Below, in pieces: positions 49,843 to 62,049 of a DNA stretch of 64,000 bases. The DNA comes from Selaginella moellendorffii (taxonomy: Eukaryota > Plantae > Lycopodiophyta): contig NW_003314271.1 of the NCBI RefSeq assembly GCF_000143415.4, forward strand, positions 1,322,204 to 1,386,203. The letters run 5' to 3'. Position numbers and translations under genes: made by a program. Below the pieces are notes generated by a model. It searched no databases and was not told the origin of the DNA. It worked only from the letters and a program-made list of their open reading frames with translations. How positions within the stretch are numbered: the first letter of the stretch is position 1; every line of letters starts with the position of its first letter.

Positions 49843-52156
49843 AGCCTTTATCTACTTTCACTAACAAAAATAAAAATAACAAAAAATAATAATGATCGCT
49901 TGAAATAACAATATATATTGTGTATTTTGCTTAATTCTCTTTCACAATATAAATTGAATGAATTATGTTTTCTTATATCAGTGGCTTCTTATATATCAAG
50001 CATATAGAGTTTTCCATAAAGTGGGTTCTTTGAGAAGGATGTATTGATATAACATTATGATATTATTCAGGTATTCTAAAGTAATAAAACCTATAAGAAA
50101 CCCCATTAAGAAACTATAAACTAAAACCATAATATTTCAGTGAATATGTCAGTACACTATAAAGTTTAGAAAGATAGTACTTTCAAGTAATATCTAGAAA
50201 TATGGAAAAACAATTATATAGCTTAAAGGAAGTATATCTTAAATTATGTAGTGTATTGATAAACCACAGTATAATAAATAAACAATAACTCAATAAGTCA
50301 ATATAAAAGTACTAATATTTTCTTCACTAAAATTTCAAATTTAAAAATATTCAATTACCATAAATAACTTTAGAATGGAAATGCAATTAAAGAATATCTG
50401 TTATCTATATAAAGAGGGCCAATACTTTTAAATTTTACCATTAGGAACCATCAATGGAAAAACAAGAGCAAAGTTGTAGTGCTTAATATTAATTTTAAAA
50501 TTATTACTTGTAGAGTGAAATTAAAAAATATGGTAAAGATGGAAGTAATATCACTTGTTCATTTTGGCAATTTGTAAGATTTTCATAGTGCATTACAATT
50601 ATAACCAATATGAAAGTTTGAAACTTGTGAATCATTATAAATGCTATAGTTTGAAGACTAAGGAGGTTCATTACATATTGTTTAATTCTCATTATAATCA
50701 ATAATAGTTTCAAATATCTACAATTTTTTATCAAATTGATTATTATTTGAGTTTGCAATATTAAAAACGTTGGTTTTATATTTCATCTTTTGTATAATTG
50801 CCCTCAAAACATAACAGAGGCGATGAATTTTCCAAGCATTTTAAAAGTACTTCAACACATGAAAAAAGTGAAGTAAGAGATAAAAGTATTAATATAGATA
50901 CACATCACAATATAGTAGAAAGATAAGAAAACTGTGTTCCCTAGTGAAACGAACAGTCCTAGAATATTCCTTCACCTAGCAAGGTATGTGGGAGAAGGGC
51001 CAAAGGTTTTGTGTGCATCTTCATTTAGAAGGGTCTGAATTGGTATTGCTTGGGCTTGCTGATTTGGAGAACGGTTCGATTTCCAAAACTGAAAGCTTAA
51101 TTTTGAGAAGGGTTGAGAAGACAAAAATAGCAATAGATACTTGATATGCAAAAAATTCAAGGATGGAAACAAAATCAATAGAAAAATCCAGCTATCATTT
51201 TGCATACGTACAATAGCCCTGCACCAAAAGTCTCAAAGAAGAGTGAGAGAGAGAGAAAAGCATACATTTTAGAATATGCTTTAAATTTGGTAAGTGGTCT
51301 AATGTCCATCTCTGCATCTACTTAGCTGACAATCATATCCACACACACACATAATGCTCAGAACCCTTGCCAGCTCTCTAGCTTCCCATGTATGGAAAGC
51401 TGGAGCAACGTAGTGTCAAAACCAGTCCATCACTACTGATATCCTGATTCTTGCAACCCAACATTCCTGCAGAAACTGCAAACTGGTTGGATCACCAGCT
51501 CTACCCTTGAGAGCCGGAGCAAGCCTACTCGCATGTATAGCCTGCCTTCCCTCTCTGACCACCCATGCCCCTTCCTCATTATCCATAAATGTTTTCCCAT
51601 AATCATGTTGACTGAAGGTGGCCCATGGGCAGTAGACTTTTAGTATTGTACTAGTACTACCCAGCAAATAGTGAATACAAAAGTGTTAATGCTTATGTAT
51701 GTAAATTTGTGAAGATCAATTAATTAATAAAATCTTCTTGTAACTAAAAAGAAAGAGTGTTACTTGGTATATACAAAAAAAAAAAATCTTTTAAAAGTAT
51801 TAATGTAAAATTTATATAAAAGACTAAGTATTTGAAATATATAGAATGTTTCAAACCATGACTAAGTTACAAATTTAAAAATCCCCCCAATGATACCTTA
51901 TATAGACGGATAGAGATACACTCTGCGAGTACATGAAAAAATTGTGTTGGAAGGACAAACACAACCTCAATACCTCAGTGATGAGCGTGTGGGTGAAAGC
52001 ACCAGAGGAAATGTCTTATGCGATAGTCTTCCATGCCAAGGAAAGACTTTTCCTGGCATTTTGACTTGGAAGTAAAACATACTCTGGAATCCAGCCGGTG
52101 GAGACACTCCTCAATTGAAAGGAATCGATTGATATGGAAGAACTTTTTGAAAACTC

Positions 52157-53470
52157 CTACGACATTTGCTTTATGACTGCGTTGGAAACAAAGATGTAAA
52201 CCAGTACTATGACCGCCACTATGATCATAAGAAGATGTTTATCTCTGACTTTCACAACTGCTCTCATACAACGCCTGCAAAACAAAACAAAAAACTTTTT
52301 CTTTTCTTAAAAAAAAAAAAAAAACTTACTCCAGAGGAAACTTAAGCACAGTGACGTTGTCTAGATTTTCTTTTGCAGCCTGAAACTGTAAACACGAAAA
52401 GTAAGTGAATGGCTATGGAAAAACAAACATTCTTACCTCGAGCATTACACCATCCAAACGTAAGAGTACGTTTGGCATCTCCTCATGGTAGTTTTCAAGC
52501 AAAACCATTCTCATGTACTCAAGATATGAAAGCAAGATTTTGCGCCTAGCCACTAGCTCTCTGACCTTTCCAACCAAACGCACTTGCGAGAATCCTTTCT
52601 CACCTTGAGGGACTCTGGGGAAGACCTTCTGGAATGGTACCTGGGACTGAGTCTCTTCACTGGAGGAGCTGATGTTGAGACTGGGTCTCTTGCTCATCCA
52701 GCCTTCGATCATGCGCTCAACGCCATCTCCAAACACCTCGATCGTGCTAAGCGTGCAGTAAAAGTTCGTCCCATAGTGTGACAAGTATCTCAGCTTGAGA
52801 TACCTCGCCCACACCGGTACTGACAGCGTAAACCTCGGCGGAATCCTCACATCCTTCGCCTCGAACCTCCCCAAGAGTTTCCACTCCTCGGTTGGGTGCT
52901 CCAGACTTCCCAGGAGCTCCAGTTCCCTTGGATTGGACGAGAGGAGCTCGTAGTTGGCGATGGCGATGGTGACCACCAGAGTCTCCTCGGAGAGCTCCAC
53001 AACCACGAACTTTTCTTCGGCACTGCATGGGCTGCGGAAGTGCTTATCCTTGTCCTTGTTGAGAACGTAGTCACCCTCGGCTTCCTTGTTCGCTCCTATA
53101 ACTTTGGCGCCCAGCGAGGCTGCGGCATAGTTTTCCTCCACGAGGATGTCCGAGGTTTCACTCGCCACTGTGCCAAGATCCTCAGGCTGGAAAGTTTCGC
53201 AACTCAATGACTTAACAATAAGAAAACATGAGCGCAGAAGCCTACCTCGGCGCAAGATCCGGCAAAATCAGCCCTGCATCCGCGGAAATCTCCGACCTGC
53301 ATTTCATCGCGCTCCTCCCCAGCCTGGAGCTCATCGGAGAGCTGCGCTTCGAAAATCTGCGCTTCATTGGTCTCCGGATCCCCGTAATGGAGCTCAATCC
53401 CGATCCCGGATCCCGACACGAACCAGAAGAGTAAGATCAGAACCACCGGAAGACGAAGATCGCCCGCCAT
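52157..53470 (-). CDS. Mid-SUN (Sad1/UNC-84, SUN3/Slp1-like) protein, paralogue 1, ~4 exons
   Basis: Signal peptide MAGDLRLPVVLILLFW; SUN domain [11 protein letters not shown]...FVVVELSEE...ANYELLSSNPRE...RYLKLRYLSHYGTNFYCTLS; GT-AG introns; C-terminal TM LLMIIVAVIVLVYIFV; stop at 52157-52159. Confidence 0.82.
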
Positions 53471-53769
53471 ACCTCCTGAAGAACAAGAAACCCTACAATG
53501 CCGAGGGCTTTTAGATTGGAGGGAAAAAGACACGAACCCTAAATTTTGAAAACCACTTAAGTGGCATATTCCAGTATCAAAATATGACGCACGCCTTTCT
53601 TCGTTTCTGGATCAATCGCAATGGACGCATTCAACTTGGCTCTTTCCTTGGCATGTTTTCGTCTCGTTATACATCCATCATCGTCCTGCGCATCTCAAGC
53701 TCCAGTTCCACTGCAAGAATTGCGTGAAGCGAGTCAAGAAATCGGTGGCATTTTGGATCGCGCAATGTT

Positions 53770-54153
53770 GTGCGACATCTCGTTCGTGTCGAAGAGGCTG
53801 GCCTGGATCGCCCATACAGAATGTCGGGGGCACGAAACGGCTCTTTGATCTGGAATGTTCTTCTCACGGCATTGGCCCAGAGCGGGCATTTTGACGATGC
53901 GAAGCGTGTCCTTGCTTCCATGCCCGAGTGGGATCTCATCTTCTACACGGCAATGCTGGTGGCGTTCTCGCAGAACGAAGACCTCGAAAACGCGCGGAAG
54001 CTCTTTGATGCGATGCCGGAGAGGAATCTCGTCAGCTGGAACTCGATTCTCTCGGCTTTCTCGCAGAACGGGCATTTGCGGGAAGATTCCAAGTATCTCT
54101 TCAATTCGTACGGAAACGCCATGTACGAACAGCTAGAGAATATTCGCAATTGA
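53770..54153 (+). pseudogene. PLS-type PPR gene fragment
   Basis: WNVLLTALAQSGHFDDAKRV..., ARKLFDAMPERNLVSWNSILSAFSQNGH; only ~2.5 repeats. Confidence 0.75.
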
Positions 54154-54326
54154 AATCTGGCGGGGAATGGTTTCCAGGGTCGAATCCTGCCAGGGGTGCG
54201 GTGGCGATGGACAAGGCACCGATGCCTCTCCTCTAAGGTATTTCAGGGATGTGTTCTTCCTCTGGCGCGGGCTAGGGTTTATAGAAACGCCGATCTAGGT
54301 TCTTTCGTCGATCGATCGCCGGCGGT

Positions 54327-55918
54327 ATGGTGAGCGATCTACGTCTTGTGGTGCTCGTGCTCTTGATCGTGTCGGGACTGGGGATCGGGATGGAACTCCA
54401 TTCCAAGCTTCCGGAGGTCGATGAAGCTTCAATCCCGGGGATTTTGCAGGCGCATCACCCGATTCTCGAGCTGGAAGAGCAGCGCCTCGATATTTCGTCC
54501 CGTGACAGGGCAAGTTCTCCACTTCTATCTCGCTTCTTCTTCCATCTTGTTTCTGACGAGAATTCCAGAATTCTAGCAACGGTGAAGAAGAAGTCAGTGC
54601 CTCCGAAGAACGAAGTGTTCCTCTCGCTAGTCCAGACGAGCATATGCAAATGCCGAGGATTGAGTTCCCGGGAAGCGAGAATCAGAGGCTATTCGAAGCA
54701 ATCTCTCCAGTTGAGGTCCTTCCATCTTGTTTTTCTGAGCTGACGAAAATTTCCAGAATTCTGGCAACGGTCAAGAAGCGAGTGAAGAAGTCAGTGCCTC
54801 CACACAGCTAGCGGAAGAACGAAGTGTTCCTCTCGCCAAACGAAGTGTTCCTCTTGCTAGCGCTACTCGAGACGAGCATATGAGGACTGAGTTCCTGGCA
54901 AGCGAGAATCAAGACGACGAGAACAGGCACAAGCTCAATCGCAAACAACATCACAACTATGCCGCAGCCTCACTCGGTGCAAAAGTTCTGGGCGTAAACA
55001 AGGAAGGCAAGGGTGGTGGCAACATTCTCATCAAGGACAACGACAAGTACTTTCGAAACCCATGCGGCGCCAAGGACAAGTTCGTGATTGTGGAGCTGGC
55101 TGAAGAAATTCTGGTGGAAACATTTGTCATCGCCAACTACGAGCTCTACTCGTCCAATCCAAGGGAGCTGGAGCTTCTCGGAAGCCTGAGTTATCCTTCG
55201 TCAGGGTGGAAACTCTTGGGGAAGTTCGAGGCGAAGAACGTCAGGCAGCCTCAGAGGTTTATTCTAGCGAAGCAGGAGTGGGCGAGGTACCTCAAGCTCA
55301 GGATGTTGTCACATTATGGGACGGAGTTCTATTGCACGCTTAGCTCCGTGGAGGTGTTTGGAGTCGCAATCGGGCGCATGCTTGAAGACTTGATTGGCAG
55401 TTCGCCAGGGGATTCCAGCAGTGTTTCCACCACGTCGGTCAACAAGTTCCTCATCGAACAGCTGAAGCAACTAGAAAGCGAGCAGAAAACTTTCGAAGAG
55501 TACGTGGAGGTTTCGAACTCCCAGAACACTGCTGCTGTCAATGACTACCAAGAGGAGCTCACCAACGTGATGGAGCAGCTTAAGAGTCTTAACGACTCTG
55601 TGCAAGAGCAAGTAAGAAAGCCTTTTCTTATGTTTTCTTCTCTCATTACTTCATCTTTGCAGCACCGTCTTGTGAAGGAGATGTATTCCGAATCCATGGA
55701 GGGACTGAGGTTTACTTTTCTCTCAAGCCTAGTGCATTTCTCATGTTTGCTTACTTTTCTTTTGCAGTCTATGTAGGAAGGAAGTAGATCGCATAGCAAA
55801 TGGACAGGTGCACTCGCTCATGTTGACGTTGGTGGCGATGCTTGTGGTTGTATCCAAGCTACGAATCCTCGTCCGCCTTGCGCTCACAGGGTTTTTGGTA
55901 ATCCTAGTACTGATGTAA
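54327..55918 (+). CDS. Mid-SUN protein, paralogue 2 (5' part with a local duplication)
   Basis: Signal peptide [15 protein letters not shown]; SUN domain in ORF 54880-55776 ([12 protein letters not shown]...[18 protein letters not shown]...[11 protein letters not shown]); coiled coil; spliced TM tail ending TAA at 55916-55918. Confidence 0.78.
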
Positions 55919-56893
55919 AGATTTTCGAGACTGCTAGCAATTGTTTTTTGTACGCTATAATCCAACTGCACCGTCACAACCTCTGGAAATTAATATTCAT
56001 TCGGAAGACGGGACCATTTCACAGCCCAACGTGAAAAAAATTGTGTTGGAGGCACAAACACAATCTTGAATACGTCAGTGATGAGCGTGTGGGTGAAAGC
56101 ACCAGAAGAAATGTCTTATGCGATAGTCTTCCATGCCAAGGAAAGACTTTTCCTGGCATTTTGACTTGCATCAGCACCTACAAAAAAACAATCCAGCCCC
56201 GAAGCTACATCAGAACTAGACCATCTTCAGCTTCCTTTTATGAGGTAAGTGGCAATGCCAATGCCCTAGCCATGCACTCTAGACAAGATCCTAGAAAAAG
56301 ACCAGCTAGTTAAGAACCTGTGCATCCTTCATGCTTGGCAGTCTTTGGTGATGAAAACCTGTCCTCACTCCAAATATCGCAGCCATGGACACCACGTCTG
56401 ATCTAACTTCAACCGAGTCCTCTCACGCTTTTGAGACGCTGGTGCATCCACAGCACATGCCATGGATTTTCACATCTATCAAACTTGGACATGCAGTGCA
56501 TTGGTTGTCGCACTTCTAGAACTCGTTCAGTCAGTGCTGACTGCTTGCTGCTCCAGAAAGCTTTGCCTTGCTTGCCACTGCAGTGGTATAAATGTTGTTT
56601 CCTGTTTCATTCAGTTCATGAAAACCAATCAAGATAAACATTTATCACATATTGCAAAGAAGATAAGGACATCAAGAAATTATACAAGACACTCCTCAAT
56701 CTGCTTCCCAAAAAGAAAAAAATTCATTTTGGCCACATATTCCACCTTTAACAGTTTTTTTCCACTTGTATATATTTAGAATATTCTATTAACAAGGTTT
56801 AGTACATGTATTTATACAGTGAAAGGGTCGACACTAATTACATAATCAGTGTTAGTCTACATAACAGATAGGGAATATGTTTCGGATGGATAG

Positions 56894-57210
56894 TGCTTGG
56901 ATTATAGTGTACAAAAAACAATTGCTAACAATCTCAACATCAGTACTAGGATTACCAAAAACCCTATGAGTGCAAGGTAGATGAGGATTCGTAGCTTGGA
57001 TACAACCACTCTATGGATTCGGAATGCATTTCCTTCACAAGATGGTGTAGTGATAAAACAAAGGCTCTCAACAAAGCATTGCATGTTAACATGAGCAAAT
57101 GCATTTGTCCATTTGCTATGTGATCTACTTCCTTCCTATATAAACTGCAAAAGAAAAGTAAGTAAACATGGAAAATGACTAGGCTTGAGAGAAAAGTAGA
57201 CTTTAGTCCT
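56894..57210 (-). pseudogene. Inverted duplicate of the last intron and exon of mid-SUN paralogue 2
   Basis: [24 protein letters not shown] matches ~55845-55915; intron sequence is retained. Confidence 0.8.
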
Positions 57211-57707
57211 TACACTCATAATTGGGAACATGCACTCAAATTAAAACTCTAGCTAAAGTTAAACCAAAGTGGTAGATAAAGAAGAAACATTAGGAACATG
57301 AGAAGGTGGTTTAAGCTATAAAAAAAAAAAAAAAGTTGGGAAAAAGTAGAAAATAAAGGATTAAATGATAGATTGAAAAATTAACACCTACCCCATGAAA
57401 TCTCTATTTTGTGTCCAAAGTTATCTCCATAATAATCAAAATTGTCATTACAATCTAGAATCCATTAGAGATTGTATTTATCGTCTTTTAACAACTTCTA
57501 CTAAACTAAGGGGAATTAACACCTCTATTTCCACACTAAATTTACCAATCATTCCATTATGTATAAATTAAGTATTCTATATGAGGCAATTAATCATCCA
57601 CTTGAGCCAAGAGGAACATCACCCTTACTGCAATCCCAACTATTGATAAATAACCCCTACTAAGCTAAGTATTGAATTTATCAATCCTTTTATTGTGTAG
57701 AATAATG

Positions 57708-57884
57708 TGCTCTAATACCATATATAGTGCACCCTATTTTTCTTTCTTTAAGCGAATTGGAAAAGGGGCAATTGCTTGATGAAAAAACTTTTAATAACTA
57801 TTTTATCCTCATTTATCTCCTAAAGTTCCAAAGATTTATGGTGATAGTATATTTAAATTTCATCTCATAATCACATGCACTACT
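57708..57884 (-). mobile_element. Decayed 162-bp-family LTR with adjacent Met-PBS
   Basis: Reverse-complement similarity to 2491-2652, followed on the minus strand by TGGTATTAGAGCA. Confidence 0.6.
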
Positions 57885-58726
57885 TTACATTGGATTTTTT
57901 TTGCATCTAATGGATTGCCCATTGCCTCAACTCCACACTATAATAAAAAAATTTCAATCTATTATGCTACACTCTCTTTATTAAGAACTTAATATGGCTT
58001 AATTTAGAGGTGGTGTCTTAGAGTAATATAATACTTAACATCAAGTTCGTAAAAGTTGTTGGTTTTAAGGTTTATCTCAACATTTTCACTAGCAAAGGAA
58101 AAAAAACACTTTGAATAGATAATTTTTTTATCATTAGTAAAGTCTACTTTATATATCTACTACAACCACTTCCTCAACTATAGTTACCATCATTTAAAAG
58201 TGTGAAATCACTTTCTTTTTCATTTATTTGCATAACATTTCAATAGAAGGCTTTGTTTCAACATGTCTTCCTTCTTTAAATGCTAAAGCTTTTGAAAAGT
58301 TCTTTATTACATATACTAAATCTTATATGTATACTTCATAGAAACTCATTTTCCCCTTCCTTAGCTCAAAAGAACACTAACTCCATATAAATGATTAAAT
58401 TTTCCATTGTACTTTAATCACATAACCACACATTTGATTAGTACATTTATTTGTACTTTTATATGTCCACATTCTAACTTTGGATATTTATTAAAACCCC
58501 AAAGGTAGCATCAAAAGTATATTTGCACTTTGGTCCAAGTGCTCCATATGCTCCAGTTTTGATGACCCTAAACCCTATGGTGGTTTATCATAGGATAACC
58601 ATGGAGCAAAACCTTAACCCTTTATGTGCCATGCCATGTGTCCAAAGGCAATGAAGCAAAACCCAAGTTTCAGAGCCTTGAGCCACTGAATAAAAGGGCA
58701 AAGCCAAACTTCTAAGTATGCAAGCA

Positions 58727-59674
58727 GTTCCAAAAGTATAGTAGGGAGAGTGTGGGGGTTGAGCTCCAGTGGAATTAGTTTGGCCAAGAAAGGCTAGTGT
58801 GACCATAGAAGGCTATCCCTATTGGGCGATGATATATCCATTGAGGAGTCAAAAGCTAGAGTGAATACAGATAGACAAGCGAAGTAACATGGTGAAGTGT
58901 TCACAAGCTAGCTTTAGCTCCCTCAGAAGATCAAATGGTTAATGCTCCCAAAGTGTGGGTGGCATTACCTACTTGGATATCTAGTGTGGCTTATCATAAT
59001 TTCACTCTAGCCACATGGCTAGCACCCAAAGGCAGAAGGTGAGGAGAATACCCATGAGGCTCGTATAGAGTTATAGTGTTCCGAAATGTTATCTTAAAGT
59101 CCTAGACTATAGAAAGGTAAAGGAGCAATTCTCTAATGTAGAGACTAAGAATATGGTCATATGATGAGGAAGTCCCAAAAGTCAGTAAAACATAGTGGTC
59201 GGGCCTGTAGGCCTTGACCCATTGGCAGTGTTAGCAAACACGGCTATGGACGGAAAAGGACTTAGTGGGGACTAAAAAAAGGATATTGGGGAATGTTGTT
59301 TCCCATGTATACGGGCATCCTAAAGATGTTAAGGAGTGGATTTGGGATGATCACTCATGGACAGATACTTTAATATTTGAGAAACAGGATTGTGATGTAA
59401 GTGGTGTTGGATCACCGGTATGACAAAGTTGAATAGGCATGGCTTTAGCGTAATATGCTAATATGTCAATAGTACCTTTGGATGTCAATCATGGGATTGA
59501 ACATGTAAAGCACTTGGACCAAATGTAAAAGTTGAATGGCGTGGATGTCATTTTTAGAGCTAATAAGTCCCCAAGTTCAAAATAGAACTTATGGAAGTTA
59601 TGAGTGAGACTCCTCCAAATGGTTGGAGGTGTGGTTAAGTGACTAAAATAAAATAAAAAATTTAATCACTTACA
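58727..59674 (+). repeat. 5'-truncated, decayed family-A LTR
   Basis: Colinear with ~47490-48464 from CCAAAAGTATAGTAGGG to ...CACTTACA. Confidence 0.8.
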
Positions 59675-60535
59675 ACCGATAACTTAGTGTAAGGATATAG
59701 GTACTCCACTAACTAACATGGTATGGAACTTAAGCTTAAATGTAAATTAGATGCAAAACAAAAACAAACACGCATTTGAAACCCCCTCACATCCCCCCTT
59801 TTGAAGAATGTATGCTTTGGGATTTCACCTTAGTCCCAAGAGTTAGTCTCTAGGACAATCATAAAAACTTATTAAATATGGAATAGTGTTAGATTGTAAA
59901 TTTGGACACAAGAATAACACTGTTGTGTTTAGGACAAATTTTACATTTTGTAAAAATGCCCAACTAGTATATTTAGACACTTTTCATAAATAACCAATAA
60001 GACTAGAGGGAAGTAACATATAAAGCATGATCACAAGGGTGTTTAGTGGACATGATAAACTATTATATAGCAATATTAAAAGACTAGTCTTAATATGTAA
60101 GGGTTTTTGTCAAACTGATGCAAAACAAAGTAAAAGAGAATTAAAAGTCAAACTGAATATGCTCAATATGAAACATATAGGAGTCATCTGGCTAACTATA
60201 GATGCTAAGTTCAATTTAGTAACACTTGAACAAAAAGGGTTAAAAAAAGGACTAACAATATTGATCTCATGCCGTCATAATAGTAAGGAAAGAATATTTA
60301 AAAAGACTTGCCCACATGTAATTTTCAATACTTATAGTCACATTCGCAACAACCTTTAACTCAACTGGGGCTTAAAGATTTATGTTTTACATTCCAATAC
60401 TTAAAGAGGTTCATAGTTGGGGTGAGCACAAGATCCTCAAGTAAAAGTGATTTGGTCAAATGGACCATTATGCTCAATTGGAATTTTAGCTCTTTGGAAT
60501 TATGATGATTATTAATTTAATTTTTTAAAAAATAA

Positions 60536-61561
60536 TTAAAAATACTTAGACACCACCATTATAAGATAAAGCATTCCTGAGGAGAATATGATCCCTCTAA
60601 AAAACCCTTGATCTAGGCCACATTTGTCTACTAATGATGGGAAAAGGAAAAGAAAGAAAGGAAGTGCCAATAAAGCAACAAAACGATCAAAACTCCATAT
60701 ATTACAGCTCTCCACCTTGGCCAATATCTGCAAAGAACATGAGCAAATCACCAAAACAAAAGGAGAACTCAAATGACAGATGCTTGCTCCAGTCTAAACT
60801 TTAGTGATCATGCAAGCAAGCAGCATCACCAATTACCTTCTGAATCTCTTCACCAAGCAACTCCTTGGCCGATTTACACGTACAAGTATCTCCAACGGGA
60901 GGCACTTTGGGCGATGGTGGCTGTTGTGGCTTGAATGGAGCACCAAAGACTTGGGGACGGGTGCGCTTTATCAACGGCTCATACACCATCATGGTGCCAA
61001 GCGTGCAGAGCGTCTCCTCCCGATGGTGTGACAATATCCTGAGCTTGAGATACCTCACTGAGTGATCTGACCTAGGGAGTATGAACACCTGGAAAGCCCC
61101 AATATCATCCTTCGCCTCAAGCCTCCCCAAGAGCTTCCATTCCTCAGCCGGATACTCCAGACTTCCTAGAATCTCCAGATCTCTTGGATGGGACGAATCG
61201 TCATTGTAGCTGGCAATGAGGATTGCACCTACAAAAATCTCCTTCGAGAGCTCCACAACCACGAACTTGTCCTCGGCACTGCATGGGCTGCTATAGTACT
61301 GGTCCTTGTACCTGTTGAGAATGTTGCCACCACCCCGGGCCTCAATGTTTAAGCTCACGACTCTGGCTCCGTTTGCAGCCGCGGCATAGTTGTGTTCTTC
61401 GAACCGGACATATGGACCATCGTATTCATACTCGGCAAGGCTAGTTCCCTGCACAATTTGCGTCAAGAGAAACAGAGAGCAATGGAAAGACGTACCGAAG
61501 TTAGGATACCCAGTTGAAACACAGAGCATAAGAGCAAGATCTCGAAGAACAGAAGCGCCAT
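60536..61561 (-). CDS. Mid-SUN protein, divergent paralogue 3, ~3 exons
   Basis: Signal peptide MALLFFEILLLCSVFQLG; SUN domain HNYAAAANGARVV...SPCSAEDKFVVVELSKE...RYLKLRILSHHREETLCTLG; hydrophobic last exon in ORF 60536-60772. Confidence 0.75.
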
Positions 61562-61649
61562 ACTAAGTCAAAGGATTTAGCCCTTTATAAACCCCGAATA
61601 GAAACCGTTGGATCGCTTTGAATCAAAGGGTAGCTATGAAAGTCGGTTA

Positions 61650-62049
61650 TAAACACTAGTGTGTGCCACGTGGTCAGCCATTTGGATATGCCCAGACTGG
61701 GAATATGCCAGAGATGCTCACCTCGGAGAACTCGAGAAAACCACGTCTGGATTTGAATGCTGGAGAAAAATCTGAGCCCATCGTCGCTGTGTTCGTTCTC
61801 GACGCAGGCATCATGATGTTCCAGGAGAAGGTGTTGGGCTGTTTGATCTCGGCAAAGACTTGCTTGGAGAGATCCACACACCCACACTTCCCATACATTT
61901 GAACGATTTGGCATCGCGATCGCGGGTTCTAACGCTGCTGCTAGGGATCGATGGATCTCTTTTCCTTTCACGAGATATCTGGTGGCACAGCACTCCTGCA
62001 GAGCTTGGGAGTGGCGTTCCAAAATCCGAGCGACCAATCTTTGGTTCAT
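61650..62049 (-). pseudogene. PPR pseudogene fragment
   Basis: ALQECCATRYLVKGKEIH and MYGKCGCVDLSKQVFAEIKQPNTFSWNIMM lie in different frames. Confidence 0.75.

Noticed and set aside
51200-51670. GC-richer island with an 83-aa ORF
   Set aside because: No recognisable motif or consistent exon structure.
54160-54200. tRNA-like CAGGGTCGAATCCTG
   Set aside because: Only a T-loop-like fragment; no cloverleaf can be built.
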